DNA of 64,000 nucleotides from Octopus sinensis (Eukaryota), in contig NC_043024.1 of the NCBI RefSeq assembly GCF_006345805.1, positions 4,712,001 to 4,776,000 on the forward strand. The letters run 5' to 3'. The translations under genes and the position numbers were made by a program. This document shows, one piece after another, positions 10,548 through 26,273 of the stretch (its first letter is position 1; every line of letters begins with the position of its first letter). The notes under the pieces were generated by a model. The model was given only the letters and a program-made list of their open reading frames with translations. It had not been told where the DNA came from and ran no database searches.

Positions 10548-13041
10548 AAACCATATCATTGTGATATCTGTAGTAAATCATTCTCACATACTCATAGCTT
10601 AGATATTCACAAGCATATCCATACAGGAGATAAAAACTACCACTGTGATATCTGTGGTAAATCATTCTCTGAGAGCCGTAGCTTAACTCGACACAAACGT
10701 ACTCATACAGGGGAGAAACCATATCACTGTGATATCTGTGGTAAATCATTTCCCGATGGTTGTAACTTAACTTCTCACAAGTGTATTCATACAGGTGAGG
10801 AACCGTATCACTGATATCTGCGGAAAATCATTCTCATAAAATCATCACTTAATTAAACACAAGTGCATTCGTTATGCAAAGGATCCATAGCACAGTGGCA
10901 TTTGTTGTATGACATTCCGTCAGAAGTTGAAGCTTGGACCTTATAAAGAACTGTACACATCATAGAAACTATATGAATGTGACATCTATAGTAAATCTTT
11001 GAAATGAAATTATCCATTATTGAATCAAAAGAGCATTGACTGAGGAAGGAAAACATATCACTGTGATGTTAAACCTGAATCATTCTATCAAAATGGTGAA
11101 TTGTTTGTACACAGTCCTATTAATATGAAAGATATAACTGTAACCTAAGCTATTTGTGCTAAATCAATCTATGAAAGTGATCAATCTCACCCCACCCCAT
11201 GTTTTGGACCCATAAAAGGGTTTTGTAGCATATTATGAGGTCAGGGTAGTTGATTCCACACAAAAAATCTAACATTTTGATTTTTTTCTTAGTGAAAATC
11301 ATGCGGGAGTTGATATAGAAATTTACCATAATGTTATTTAGCCTCAAATCAAACCTGATACAGCAAACGTATCATCAAAGACATTCCAGCCTTCAGCAAA
11401 CTGTCTTTTGAGGGATAATCTAGGACATTACGTACAATGGGCATGTGATTTAGATAGGGGTATACTTTGGCTGCTATTTTTAGCATGTCGAGCGACCAGG
11501 CAGAGGCTCTCTCATTGGTTCGATTGCGTGATGAAATTTTTTAACACATATAGGATCTTTTCGGTTTGAACGGCAGTTTTTTTAACATAATTTCTAGGTA
11601 ACTAAAAAATTTTCAACTTCGTATACTGGTAGAATGTGTTTATAAAACATCTTTCTCTCTTGGCTTTATTGAGAAAATTCTATACTTTGTAAGATATTTG
11701 TTGTTTTTTCTGCAATTTCAACCAATCAATGACGTCCATTGAGGTAAGGAAAAAATTCCTGTGCCGTATGAATATGTCCCTCGTTTAAGAAACAGATTGG
11801 GTTTATTTACATTTGTGAAGAAAAAAGATTATCCTTCCCCCCAACCCTAACCCTAAAATAGATTGAAATGCAGTAGATCGATACTAGGGTCATAATTATG
11901 GGTGACAATTTCATATGACACCGCTAGAGTAGAAAGATAAGACTTAGTTCCCCTTGTTCAGAGTTAATTCTTCCTAATTTTGTTGCTCCGTATGCATGTG
12001 TATTGCTTGATCAGTTCCACTTTACAACCGATATTGACGAGAAAATCTAATTAAATAGACACGTGATTGGTAATTAAGTGTCTAAAGAAACAGATGCAGC
12101 ATTTTTTTTTATTATGTTGACCTGTTAAATATTAATATTCGTCGTAAAAATTCTCTTGAAGCTGTCACTGTCCACTCTAACTTTTCACTCATTCAACATA
12201 TTCTCATATTTTCATCGTTGACTCTCTCTGAATATATATTACTATGTAAGTATATTTCTATTGTATATGTATCATATTACGTACGTCTGTTTGTTTCGAT
12301 GTGTTGAGTAAGTTACAAGAAAGAATCTCACTAAACAAAGACGAAATAGCGGAGGTAAAGGGCATGGACCGCACCTACCTTTCCCTAATTTTTTTGCGAT
12401 GGAAACCCACTTTTTCAACTTCGGTGAGGCTGTTCTTTCAATACTTTCGTTGTGTCTCCTTTACATTCAGATATTTCATTGCATCTTTCCTTATTTCCTA
12501 TATTATTTGTTAACGTCCGATGGATACCTTGTGTAGATAACTTTTCTCTTTCTTCCTCACATGTAAATTCCGCGGGAAAATTACGATGTAATTTCTAAGA
12601 CATGCGGAATGTATAAAAATACATTCTGCGTATTTCTGCTGTACATGCAAGGATTCAATCGGTTATGAAACCAACAAAGAAGGGAAAAAACCGATTGAAG
12701 AGCAATTTAGCTGTTATTTATCGCGCACCCCACGACCACCTGATACCTTCCGAGTTTCTTTCTCACTCTTACGTGCTAATGTTTTTTGATATCTTTTTTC
12801 ACATAAACACATTCAATGGTCCGTTGTTGGGATTTAAGGCATTATATATGAATTGCACTCTGTGTTTTTATGCTATTTTCAATTAATTACCTAAGTTATC
12901 CTTTTCTCTCTTCGTAATACATATATATTTATATTCAAATTACGATGAACGTAAACAAACAAACGAAGTTTGCTTTAGAAGCTTTTGAGATGTCTTAGAA
13001 AGTTTAAGAAATGATTTTAAATTCTCAAAGGCAGGATATTG

Positions 13042-13141
13042 NNNNNNNNNNNNNNNNNNNNNNNNNNNNNNNNNNNNNNNNNNNNNNNNNNNNNNNNNNN
13101 NNNNNNNNNNNNNNNNNNNNNNNNNNNNNNNNNNNNNNNNN
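13042..13141. other. Assembly gap (100 N)
   Basis: Run of exactly 100 N. Confidence 1.
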
Positions 13142-13486
13142 GAAAGATTTACCACATAAATCACAGTGATATGGTTTCTACCCTGTATAGATATGCTTAT
13201 GTTTAGTTAAGCTACTGTCATCAGAGAATGATTTACCACAAATATCACAGTGATACGGTTTCTCTCCTCTATGGATACGTATATGTCGTATTAAGTTACT
13301 GTCATTAGTGAATGATTTACCACAGATACTACACTTATGTGGCATCTTCCCTGTATGAATACGTTTGTGTTGATTGAATTTACTTTCTTCAAAGAATGAC
13401 TCTTTGCAGATGTCACAGTCATATGATGATTTTCCTAATTCTTCCGACATCTCTTCAAGAAAAATAAAAATCAATCCTTCAAGCAA
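13142..13486 (-). CDS. C2H2 zinc-finger gene C' (partial; 3 fingers, amber stop, then array runs into the assembly gap)
   Basis: ORF 13178-13486 starts [18 protein letters not shown] sits in the linker at 13178-13180, followed by KPYHCDLCGKSF up to the Ns. Confidence 0.75.
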
Positions 13487-15410
13487 CTTTTCAAAAATAT
13501 TTCTTCTCTCACCAAAATTTATGGATATTTTTCTTCCTTTTTGCTTTTATAGTTTATTCCAAACAAATATCACTTCTATTATATTTCTTCTAAATGTGAT
13601 CAATGCCAATATTTAAAACTGTCGCAAATACTCTTTGGAAATCCATCAAAGTATATTTAAAAGAGAAAATTATCTCTTGCACATTTCAGACACAGAAGTA
13701 AAGAAATGCTTTCTCTCTCAGAGGAAATATTTTACTGTAACTCAGGAATGTTTTATAGAAGCAGGATTATACGTTTGTAGAATATCTTTGCAGAGTCTTT
13801 CAAACATGATACATATTGATGATTCTTTAAAAGTAAAAAATACTTTTTAGCCAATTTCATGTGATTTTCTGAAAGAATAGAAAAAATAATATAAGATATC
13901 AAGTATGTTTAAAAGGCAGATATTCAAAAGTGCAAATTTACATTTCTGTTTTCATAAATTGTAGAAGTAATCCTTTATCTGAAGTATTAAATTTATCCCA
14001 TCTCTCTATTTTCAAGAAGTTTATATCACAGACATATCTATCGTAATAACACCTCCTGGACATTGCGTCTGTCCTAGACACACACCAATATACATGTCAA
14101 TGACACTAGATATCTGATGGTTTCACCTGTCATGTGTCGTATTAACACAGCTTTGTTTGATAACATAGACATCACTCCTCCTCTGGCTCCTTGTGAACTG
14201 AAAATGTGAAATTTCCGAGGCCTCTCCCACACACCCCTTTCGCGAGCGCGCATTTTTTTTGTCATATTCGCTAAGAGCAAGTAGTTTTACTCCTCTTACA
14301 CAAATTTGTTTTTTTGACCGGGTTTAACTCTTTAGTTCAACCACATTGCCAATATTTCATAAAAGCCATCGACATAAATGGTCTTCATAAAGAATAATAT
14401 TTCCAAATTTGTTTTGATCGCTAATGAAGAAGAAAAAATTATGAACGAACAACAAACCAAACAAATGCAGCTATGGCGTTTGAGAAGAGTAGTCACTCTT
14501 ATTAAATCCCTTTACAGAATTATGGTTGTCTCCCTTTGAACGTTATCATTCAGATTTGGAGAAAAATGCGTTTTTTTTTTTTGCAAAGACCCTTCAACAA
14601 ATTTAATTTTTTGTATATTCTCATTTCAGTTTCGTAAAACAAATTTATTCGCCAATTTTTTTTCAGACTACCCCCTTATTTGTGCTTCCATTTGGATATT
14701 CATCATCATCATCGTTTAACGTCCGCTTTCCATGCTAGCATGGGTTGGACGGTTCAACTGGGTTCTGGCAAGCCCGAAGGCTGCACCAGGCCAGTCAGAT
14801 ATTATCTTTTGATAAACAAACCTTGTTTTCATTTTGAGTTTCTTGCAATGTTCGGCAAATTCCCAGCTGCAGAATTTCTTTAGAGATTTGTTGTGCAATA
14901 TCATATTTATATAATTTCCATCCTAGAATTTGTGAGAGAGAAAGGCGAGGCACTAAAGAAAAGTATCCCAGTCTGTCAGCAGGGTATCTCGAGAGGAAGA
15001 CAACTTGATGTAATTAGTAGACTAGAGAGGAATCGTTGTGACAAGCTGCATATGCCATTCACTCCAGAAAGTTACAGTTGCCAATTGAATGAGCACCTCT
15101 AAGGTAAGGGAGTTATTTTTCGCAAACTTACTAACTAATAATGATAATAATTGTAATCGAAATGATACTAATAATACGGGGTGGAATTTTGGAAGTTGGC
15201 TGTTTCTTTTAATGAAGACAAACCGACACAAGTTTGCAAACTTTGTTGGCAAGGTTTCCGCCCGTCCTCCCTAAAAAACCACCCTTTTTTCTTTTTCTTT
15301 TTTTACATTTTTTCGACAGAACCCCAACTTTTTCGGCTACAGGGAATACGAATATAGTGGGAATTACAAATAACGCGCGTACGTATCATAGTTGTAAATA
15401 AACAGACACA

Positions 15411-15447
<37 letters not shown>

Positions 15448-15708
15448 TACCAAATATATACATTTTTATTACTATTTTGGGAGAAAGAGAAAGGCAGAAA
15501 GACAGAGAAAGAATGAGAGAGAGAAAAAGTGAAATAGACACAATCTACTAAATTTATACGTTTTTATTATTTTGCAATTTTCTTAATCATCGGTATATTT
15601 TTATTTTATTTCTAATATTTCTATTATATGTAATAATACTTCTATTATAATTTATTGTTCATTTTAAAATTGATAAAAGGTGTTTTTTTGGTTAAACTAA
15701 AGCGTTAA

Positions 15709-16254
15709 ACCCGGTCAAAAAATGTTTAGCTCTAAGTTCAGAATATTTTCATTTCAATTACCAACAGGTCATCTATTAGTTGACAGCAAGAAGAAGATTA
15801 ACTGCGTTATTTGCATATTCACTCGGAAGGATTATAAATAATCCAATCAAAGAATGTTTCGCTTCACCTAAGTGTGTTTATGTAACTGTATTTCTTGAAA
15901 AGATCTTGAAGAAAAACATGGTACTAACAAGTGAAATTATCTCATAAGGAATGTTTTCTTTAACTTTAAAATATCTTCACTTTTTCCAGAATTTCTTCTC
16001 TTTTTTTTTTGGCGAAATACGTACAAAAACACGGAGTTTATGGTTCATGTGTGAGTGTGTGTTCTTGATAATCATTTAGAACAGGTAGTTTTACACCAAT
16101 TACACTATTTTTTTCTTAGTTTAAAGGCCGTGTACTGAAAATGTCAAATTTCCGAGGCCTCTCCCCCACCCCCCTTTCGCGAGTGCGCATTCATATTCGT
16201 TTAGAGCAAGTTGTTTTACACCTGTTACGCTGTTTTTGTTTTTTTTGACTGGGT
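15709..16254. mobile_element. TTAA-flanked MITE (right-end fragment also at ~14185-14330)
   Basis: TTAA/ACCCGGTCAAAAAA ... TTTTTTGACTGGGT/TTAA. Confidence 0.7.
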
Positions 16255-17147
16255 TTAACATAATCAAAAATGCTGCATCTGTTTCTTTAGAAATTTAATT
16301 ACCAATCGTGTATATATTTGATTGGGTTTTACGAATTTATGTGAAGCACCTCAGCTCTTAATTAAAAACGGATATTAGAAATAGAGTGATTTCCCCTTGT
16401 TTGTTAATTGCTAAATCTTTCCAATTCTGTTTCCTTGTTTGAGAGAGAACCCAATTGAATATACACACGTTTGATAATTAACTGTGTAAAGAAATCCGTA
16501 CAGTATTCTTTATTAAATTCACCTGCAAAATATAAATCAACGTTTGCTATTAAAAATCTAGAAATTCTCTTGAAGCTGTCATTGTCCACTCAGACTCCAG
16601 TCCTCACTGCTTCATCATATTCTCACATTTTCCTCGGTGACTCTCTCTATATATATATACATATATTTCTATGTGAGTATTATATTTATTTAAGCATTTC
16701 TATTGTATATGTGTCATTTTACGTACATTTGCTTATTCTGACGTGTAGAATAATTAAATTAAAAGAATCTCACTAAACAAAGCCGAAATTATATGAAAGT
16801 AAGGCTGACATTCGAATAATTTTGTTTTATTTTCTTTTAGACATTCCGTTCCAGTTTTGGTTATTTCTTACATTGCTTGGTTAAGTCAGTGCAATACCTT
16901 GTTTACACAACATTTTCCTTTATTTTTGGCTTGTAAATCTAACAATTTATTTAAATGCAGGGAAATTACGATGTAATTTCTGAAAAATAGAGAATATATA
17001 AAAATTAGATTGTGCACTCGAAATACTGAAACGAAAAGAGGATGGTTCACTGAAGAAATAGAATAACATTTGTGTGAAACATTAAAAGAAATGTCTTTAT
17101 TTTTGCTAGTTCTTCTCCGTCATTACAATTTACAACTTATATATATA

Positions 17148-17676
17148 GGTACTACTAGCAAAGACTGGACCCGGTGCGCGCCAGCTAGTCGTAAGTACTC
17201 GATCCTACAACGACTTGCATGTATGCAAATGAGTTGATTTTACAGAATAAAATAAAAGAAATTTTTAAAGAAAATAAATAAATTATTTCTTAGAACAATG
17301 GATTTGATTTTTTTACACAAATCAAATAAAATGTGTGTGATATATTCTTTTACTAGTTTTTAGTTTTTGGACAGCATCCATGGTAGGTACATCATTTAGG
17401 TATATATATATATATATGTTTGTATATGTGTGTGTGTGTGTGTATATGTATATATGTTTTGGTTTGTTTTGATGTTTTCTTGTTTGTTTATTTACACTAA
17501 ACCACCACCACCACCACCACCCTTGTCTTGATCATTAATTAGACCCATTGGTTGTCTTCCAACCTATAACACAACTCATTTGCATACGTGCAAGTCGTTG
17601 TAGGATCGACTACTTACGACTTGCTAGCGCGACTGCGTGTGTGCGTGCACCAGGTCCAATCTTCGCTAGTAGTACC
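17148..17676. mobile_element. MITE sharing GGTACTACTAG TIRs with the Merlin element
   Basis: ~90-100 bp imperfect TIRs; inserted in (TA)n, so the TSD is ambiguous. Confidence 0.8.
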
Positions 17677-17723
<47 letters not shown>

Positions 17724-17924
17724 TATATATAAGTGGGGTGGAAAGGAAGTCTTGTCAATCTAAAAAGGCAAAAAACAAAAGAAATATTAGGAATAATTGT
17801 AAAGGATGTGTATTGTGATGAAGAAAATGAACGATTTAAGTAACATAAGGAAAAAAGATATATATATATATATATATATATATGTTCATGTTATTTTTTT
17901 TATTAATTACTTCAGAAATGCGGC

Positions 17925-17997
17925 AAGACTTCCGGTCTGAGATTCGAACCCACGACCGCGAGTCGGCTGCTCTAACCACTAGGCCATGTGCCTCCAC
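17925..17997 (-). mobile_element. tRNA-derived SINE head
   Basis: Minus strand GTGGAGGCACATGGCCTAGTGGTTAG...GGGTTCGAATC shows A and B boxes. Confidence 0.65.
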
Positions 17998-18714
17998 ATC
18001 TGTGTTACTAAACAAAGCTGTGTTGACAAGATAGAACTCCGAGGTGCAAACATTGGTTATCTAGGCCATTAACATCTATATTGGTGTGTGTGTGTGAGAG
18101 AGAAAGAGCGTGTGTGTCACAGATTTAATGTCCAGGAGTTGCAATTATAATTATTGAATCTCCTCGTAATTTATTAACTTTTGGGTAAGTTTATTAGTTT
18201 GAATGCAGGTTTACTTCTACAATCCATTAAAACAGAAATGTTGTAAATTTGCATTTTTGAATATCTACCTTTTAAACATGCTTTATGCCTTATATTATTT
18301 TTTTTATTCTTTCAGGAAATCACATGAAATTGGCTAAAAAGTATTTTTTACTTTTAAAGAATCATCAATATGTATCATGTTTGAAAGACTCTGCAAAGAT
18401 ATTCTACAAACGTATAATCCTGCTTCTATAAAACATTGCTGAATTACAGTAAAATATATCCTCTGGGAGAGAAAGCATTTCTTTACTTCTGTGTCTGAAA
18501 TGTGCAAGAGATAATTTTCTCTTTTAAATATACTTTGATGGATTTCCAAAGAGTATTTGCAACATTTTTAAATATTGGCAATGATCACATTTTGAAGAAA
18601 TATGAAAGAAGTGATATTTGTTTGGAATAAACTATAAAAGCAAACAGAAGAAAATATATATATTTTGGTGAGAGGAGAGAAATTTGTGAAAAGTTATTGA
18701 CGTGTAAAACATAA

Positions 18715-19770
<1,056 letters not shown>

Positions 19771-20074
19771 TCCATAGCACAGTGACATTTCTTGCATAAC
19801 ATTCCCCGAGAAAAATCTCTACCCATGAAGGAAAGTATATTATGAATATGATATCTATGGTAAATCTTTCATCTCATCTCATTCATGAACTAATCAAAAG
19901 AGCATTGACTGATATTAATGCTTAATCATTCTTTCAAAAGGGTGAATTGTTTGTACACAGTCCTATTAATATGAAAGATATATCCATACCTCAAGATATT
20001 TGTGCTAAATCAATCAATGAAAATGATCAATTATTGAAATGTAAATGCATTCATACAGAAGACGAACTATGATG

Positions 20075-20330
20075 ATGATGATCCTCATCATTTAAAATTC
20101 ACTTTTCCATGCTTCAATGGATCAGATGGAATTCATTGATGGAGATTTTCTTCGGCTGGATGCCTTTCCTTTCACCAATCCTCACCTGTTTCTAGGCAAG
20201 GACATATTTTCCATGCTGAGATATATTTGACTCAGAAGACTGGAAATGGACTATCTGTATGACACTCATTATGACCATTTACGAGCATCACGTGCTATCT
20301 GGACAAGGGTACATACACACACATATGTAT
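20075..20330 (-). mobile_element. Old RTE-tailed SINE in antisense within ZNF 3'UTRs (also ~22770, ~28140, ~30905, ~44890, ~47715; two in gene J)
   Basis: (CAT)n-TTTAA..CTTTTCCATGC tail at the same position in each paralogous 3'UTR. Confidence 0.65.
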
Positions 20331-22065
20331 GTTCAAAGATTTTTTTATAGGAAATCTTTTACATTTTTAATCTACTTCTAAATGTTTGTAATTCCTATTA
20401 GGAAATGAAACATATGTAATGCTGAATAAATAATATCAAACTTTTCTCCAGTCTCCTCATGTGATTTGTAATTACTCTGCAAAAAATATTATCCAAACCT
20501 CCCACAAAAATAATGCACACACACAGATGTGGTGGTGAGTGCATAGTGAAAACGGTTTTGTCTTTTCATTGAAATAAATTTTTGTATCACCTACAAATTG
20601 AAATTTGTATTAGCTCTGACCCATCACCTTGGCTTATAAGTTACCAATGATGTGGTTTTCAGTGTATACCATGTTCTTTTAATCTTTTACCCACATGAAA
20701 TTGTGACTCCTATATTTTACTATACAATTTTTGTTTTCTAGAAGAATAATTTGACCATTTCAATTTGAAAATGTAATTTTATCTGTTTATGGTCAATATG
20801 GAAAAATAAGAGTGAATATTTATTTTATGAGTGCTGTGTATAAGTCTATAAAATTGTGCATAAAATATATAAGCTATATGAAGTGCATTGAGTCATTATT
20901 ATATTCCAATTTCCTTCACTTTTCAATGAATAATAGATGGGTGACTATCTTTTGATACAGACACAACACAGGCTACACTTTCGAGGTTTTAGATAAAGTT
21001 TTCAGAAATAACCGAATAGGTTTGCTATTAATTTCATAAAATATTCACGGATCCCACTAGTTAACATTAAGAGAATCATGTGGTGAGGTTAAGAATGAGA
21101 GACAAAGTGGGAGGGAAAAGTGTTAATGATATGTGGTGTGGTGAAGAAGGAATACTTATTACTTGGTTAACAGGTTAGCTGAAGAGAAAAATGAGGAGAA
21201 AGGGATATGTTTAGGATACATTATTTGTGAGAGAGTGAGGTTAAAGAGAAGGAGATAGAAAGAGATGGACGGTGGAGGCAGATAGGGTTTGTATTGTTAA
21301 AAGTTGATATCATCAAAGACCTGAAATGAAATAAATTTTGTTCCTGAAACTTATAGTGGTGATGATGATGGTGGTGGTGGTGTGTTGATTGTAAAAAGGA
21401 TTTTCTTTTTTTTATAGAGACCATCACTCAACACTTGCACTTCTGTGCAATTATTTATCGTCTTCTCACTTAAGAGATTGATATTTTTTTCTAAGGATTA
21501 ATTTAGCCTAAACTATGGATTCACAAGAGACACAGTTGCAAACTGCCTGAGAAAATATGCACAGATCTAGAGCATGGAACACTAAGAAGATGTAATAAAA
21601 AAGAGGAAAAAGATGGCACCGATGGTGTTGTGAGGAATTGGATGTAGACAGATTCCAAGTATATTCAAAGAAAGCTAAAACTATGAATGCTATAAAAATG
21701 CAAATCATCCTCTCTTTCTTAAATAGGTCCTCTTAATTTTTTTCATTGATAATAAGCGAAAGTGGCAAACTAGCAGGATCGTTAGCTCATTAAACAAAGT
21801 GTTTAGCTGGGTTCTTCTGACATGACTTAAGCATTTAAATTCTGCCAAAGAAGACTAAGGAATATGAAGGAGGTCGGGCGGATCTTTTTTGAACTCTACT
21901 TTGACTGTAATTGATTTTATATTTGGTGTATTGTTGTAGCGTTCTAAGGTAATCATTGACATGAAATTCATTTTTGCTAAAAATCAATAAAGTGTTAATA
22001 GCTTTTAAAGTTTGCAATTTTGTGTAATTTTAGCCACTCAAAATCTGCAGACATATATAAGTTAG

Positions 22066-23150
<1,085 letters not shown>

Positions 23151-26100
23151 GTCTTTATGTGTTTTTTTTCTAAGATCAAAGAAAAATGGCTTCCACCTCA
23201 CCCCACCCCGTTTTTTTTACCCATAAAAGGGTTTTGTAGCATATTAGGATGTCAGGGTAGTTGATTCCACGCAAAAAATCTAATATTTTGATTTTTTTCT
23301 TAGTGAAAATCATGCGGGAGTTAATATAGAAATTTACCATAATGTTATTTAGCCTCAAATCAAACCTGATACAGCAAACGTATCATCAAAGACATTCCAG
23401 CCTTCAGCAAACTGTCTTTTGAGGGATAATCTAGGACATTACGTACAATGGGCATGTGATTTAGATAGGGGGATACTTTGGCTGCTATTTTTAGCATGTC
23501 GAGTTACCAGGAGGAGGCTCTCTCATTGGTTCGATTGCGTGATGAGATTTTTTAACACATATAGGATCTTCTCGGTTTGAACGGCAGATTTCTTAAAATA
23601 ATTTCTAGGTAACTAAAAAATTTTAAACTTCGTATACGGGTAGAATGTGTTTAAAAAACACCTTTTTCGCTTGGCTTTATTGAGAAAATTCTATGGTTTG
23701 TAAGATATTTGTTGTTTTTTCTTCAATTTCAACCAATCAATGACGTCCATTCAGGTAAAAAGAAACATTCTGTGCTGTATGAAGATGTCCCTCGTTTAAG
23801 AAACAGATTGGGTTTATTTACATTTGTGAAGAAAAAAAGGTACCCTTCCTCCCAACCCTATCCCTAAAACAGATTGAAATGCAATAGATCGATACTAGGG
23901 TCATAATTATGGGTGACAATTTCATATGACACCGCTAGAGTATAAAGACAAGATTTAGTTCCCCTTGTTCAGAGTTAATTCTTCCCAATTTTGTTGCTCC
24001 GTGTGCATGTGTATTGCTTGCTCAGTTCCACTTTACAACTGATATTTAAGAGAAAATCTAATTAAATAGACACGTGATTGGTAATTAAGTGTCTAAAGAA
24101 ACAGATGTAGCATTTTTTTTTATTATGTTGACCTGTTAAATATTAATATTCGTCGTAAAAATTCTCTTGAAGCTGTCACTGTCCACTCTAACTTTTCACT
24201 CATTCAACATATTCTCATATTTTCATCGTTGACTCTCTCTGAATATATATTACTATGTAAGTATATTTCTATTGTATATGTATCATATTACGTACGTCTG
24301 TTTGTTTCGATGTGTTGAGTACGTTACAAGAAAGAATCTCACTAAACAAAGACGAAATAGCGGAGGTAAAGGGCATGGACCGCACCTACCTTTCCCTAAT
24401 TTTTTGGCGATGGAAACCCACTTTTTCAACTTCGGTGAGGCTGTTCTTTCAATACTTTCGTTGTGTTCTCCTTTACATTCAGATATTTCATTGCATCTTT
24501 CCTTATTTCCTATATTATTTGTTAACGTCCGATGGATACCTTGTGTAGATAACTTTTCTCTTTCTTCCTCACATGTAAATTCCGCGGGAAAATTACGATG
24601 TAATTTCTAAGACATGTGGAATGTATAAAAATACGAGTGTGCACTTGAAATACTGAAACGAAAAGTAAATATTGTATACAGAAGAAATGGAACGGATTTT
24701 ATTTAAAACCTAGGAAGTCTTTATTTCCGGAGGTTCTTCTCCATCATTACAACTTACAATTAATATCTATTTTTCAAAGGAATCTTTCTTTAAGCACCCA
24801 ATGTAACCGCTTATCACATTTTTATTTTGGGGGAATTTTCAGAAAATTTCTACGTATTTCTGCTGTACATGCAAGGATTCAAACGGTTATGAAACCAACA
24901 AAGGGAAAAAACCGATTGAAGAGCAATTTAGCTGTTATTTATCGCGCACCCCACGACCACCCGATACCTTCCGAGTTTCTTTCTCACTCTTACGTGCTAA
25001 TGTTTTTCAATATCTTTTTTCACATAAACACATTCAATGGTCCGTTGTTGGGATTTAAGGCATTATATATGAATTGCACTCTGTTTTTTTATGTTATTTT
25101 CAATTAATTACCTAAGTTATCCTTTTCTCTCTTCGTAATACATATATATTTAAATTCAGATTACGATGAACGTAAACAAACAAACGAAGTTTGCTTTAGA
25201 AGCTTTGAGATGTCTTAGGAAGTTTAAGAAGTGATTTTAAATTCTCAGAGGCAGGATGTTGCTAATAATATAGCCTGAACAGGATAAGCTACCCCTATTT
25301 TGCAGAAAAGTGTTGGCGGCTGGCAATGAGATTCGAACTCACACCTTCGTGATTACGCGTCGCTGTATTTTTCACTCACCACGATAAACAATATTTCGTT
25401 ACGAAGTAAGAAGGAAGGGAAACATTAATTGTAACGTGTAAGAGTTTAAAAGTAAAGAAGAAAACGAGAATAATTTAATGTTAAAACTACATCATTTGCC
25501 CCCATTGAGAAGGATTGTCACCAATTTCCTTCTCCACCTCAACCAATAATTTTTCCTACATCAAAAATTCCCCACAAAAGATTTTGATGCTGTTAGTCAT
25601 CCATACTGATTATTTGCTGACTGTTATTCATGTTTCATGTAACACAGAATATTGACATTAAGCTGCCTGTATGTGTGTATTTATATATTTATAAATGTAC
25701 GGAAAGAGGCAGGGGAGGTGTGATATCTCTTTTACAACACATGACTGAGATGAAAGCATCAGATATCTAGTGTTATTGACATGTATATTGGTGTGTGTCT
25801 ATGACAGACTTACTACTCCCTGATATAAACTTCTTGAAAACAGAGAGATGGGATAAGTTTAATTGTTCAGATAAAGGATTGCTTCTACAATTTATGAAAA
25901 CAGAAATGTCGTAAATTTGCACTTTTGAATATCTGCCTTTTAAACATACTTGATGTCTTATATTATTTTTTCTATTCTTTCAGAAAATCACATGAAATTG
26001 GCTAAAAAGTATTACTTCTGTGTCTGAAATGTGCAAGAGATAATTTTCTCTTTTAAATGTACTTTGATGAATTTACAAAGAGTATTTGCGACATTTTTAA

Positions 26101-26273
26101 ATATTGGCAATGATCACATTTAGAAGAAATATAAGAGAAGTGATATTTGTTTGGAATAAACTATAAAAGCAAAAAGAAGCAAAATATCCATGAATTTTGG
26201 TGAGAGGAGAAATATTATTGAAAAGTTGTTGATCTGTACAACTTGAAGGTTCAGTTTTATTTTTCTTGAAGAG

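Noticed and set aside
9424-10749. Repetitive minus-strand ORFs [11 protein letters not shown]... (also at 26938, 27274, 43676, 47038)
   Set aside because: Antisense shadows of the zinc-finger codons.
13635-13850. 71-aa ORF MEIHQSIFKRENY... recurring at 18334 and 60423
   Set aside because: Antisense to the conserved leader, non-ATG start; explained by conservation of the sense strand.
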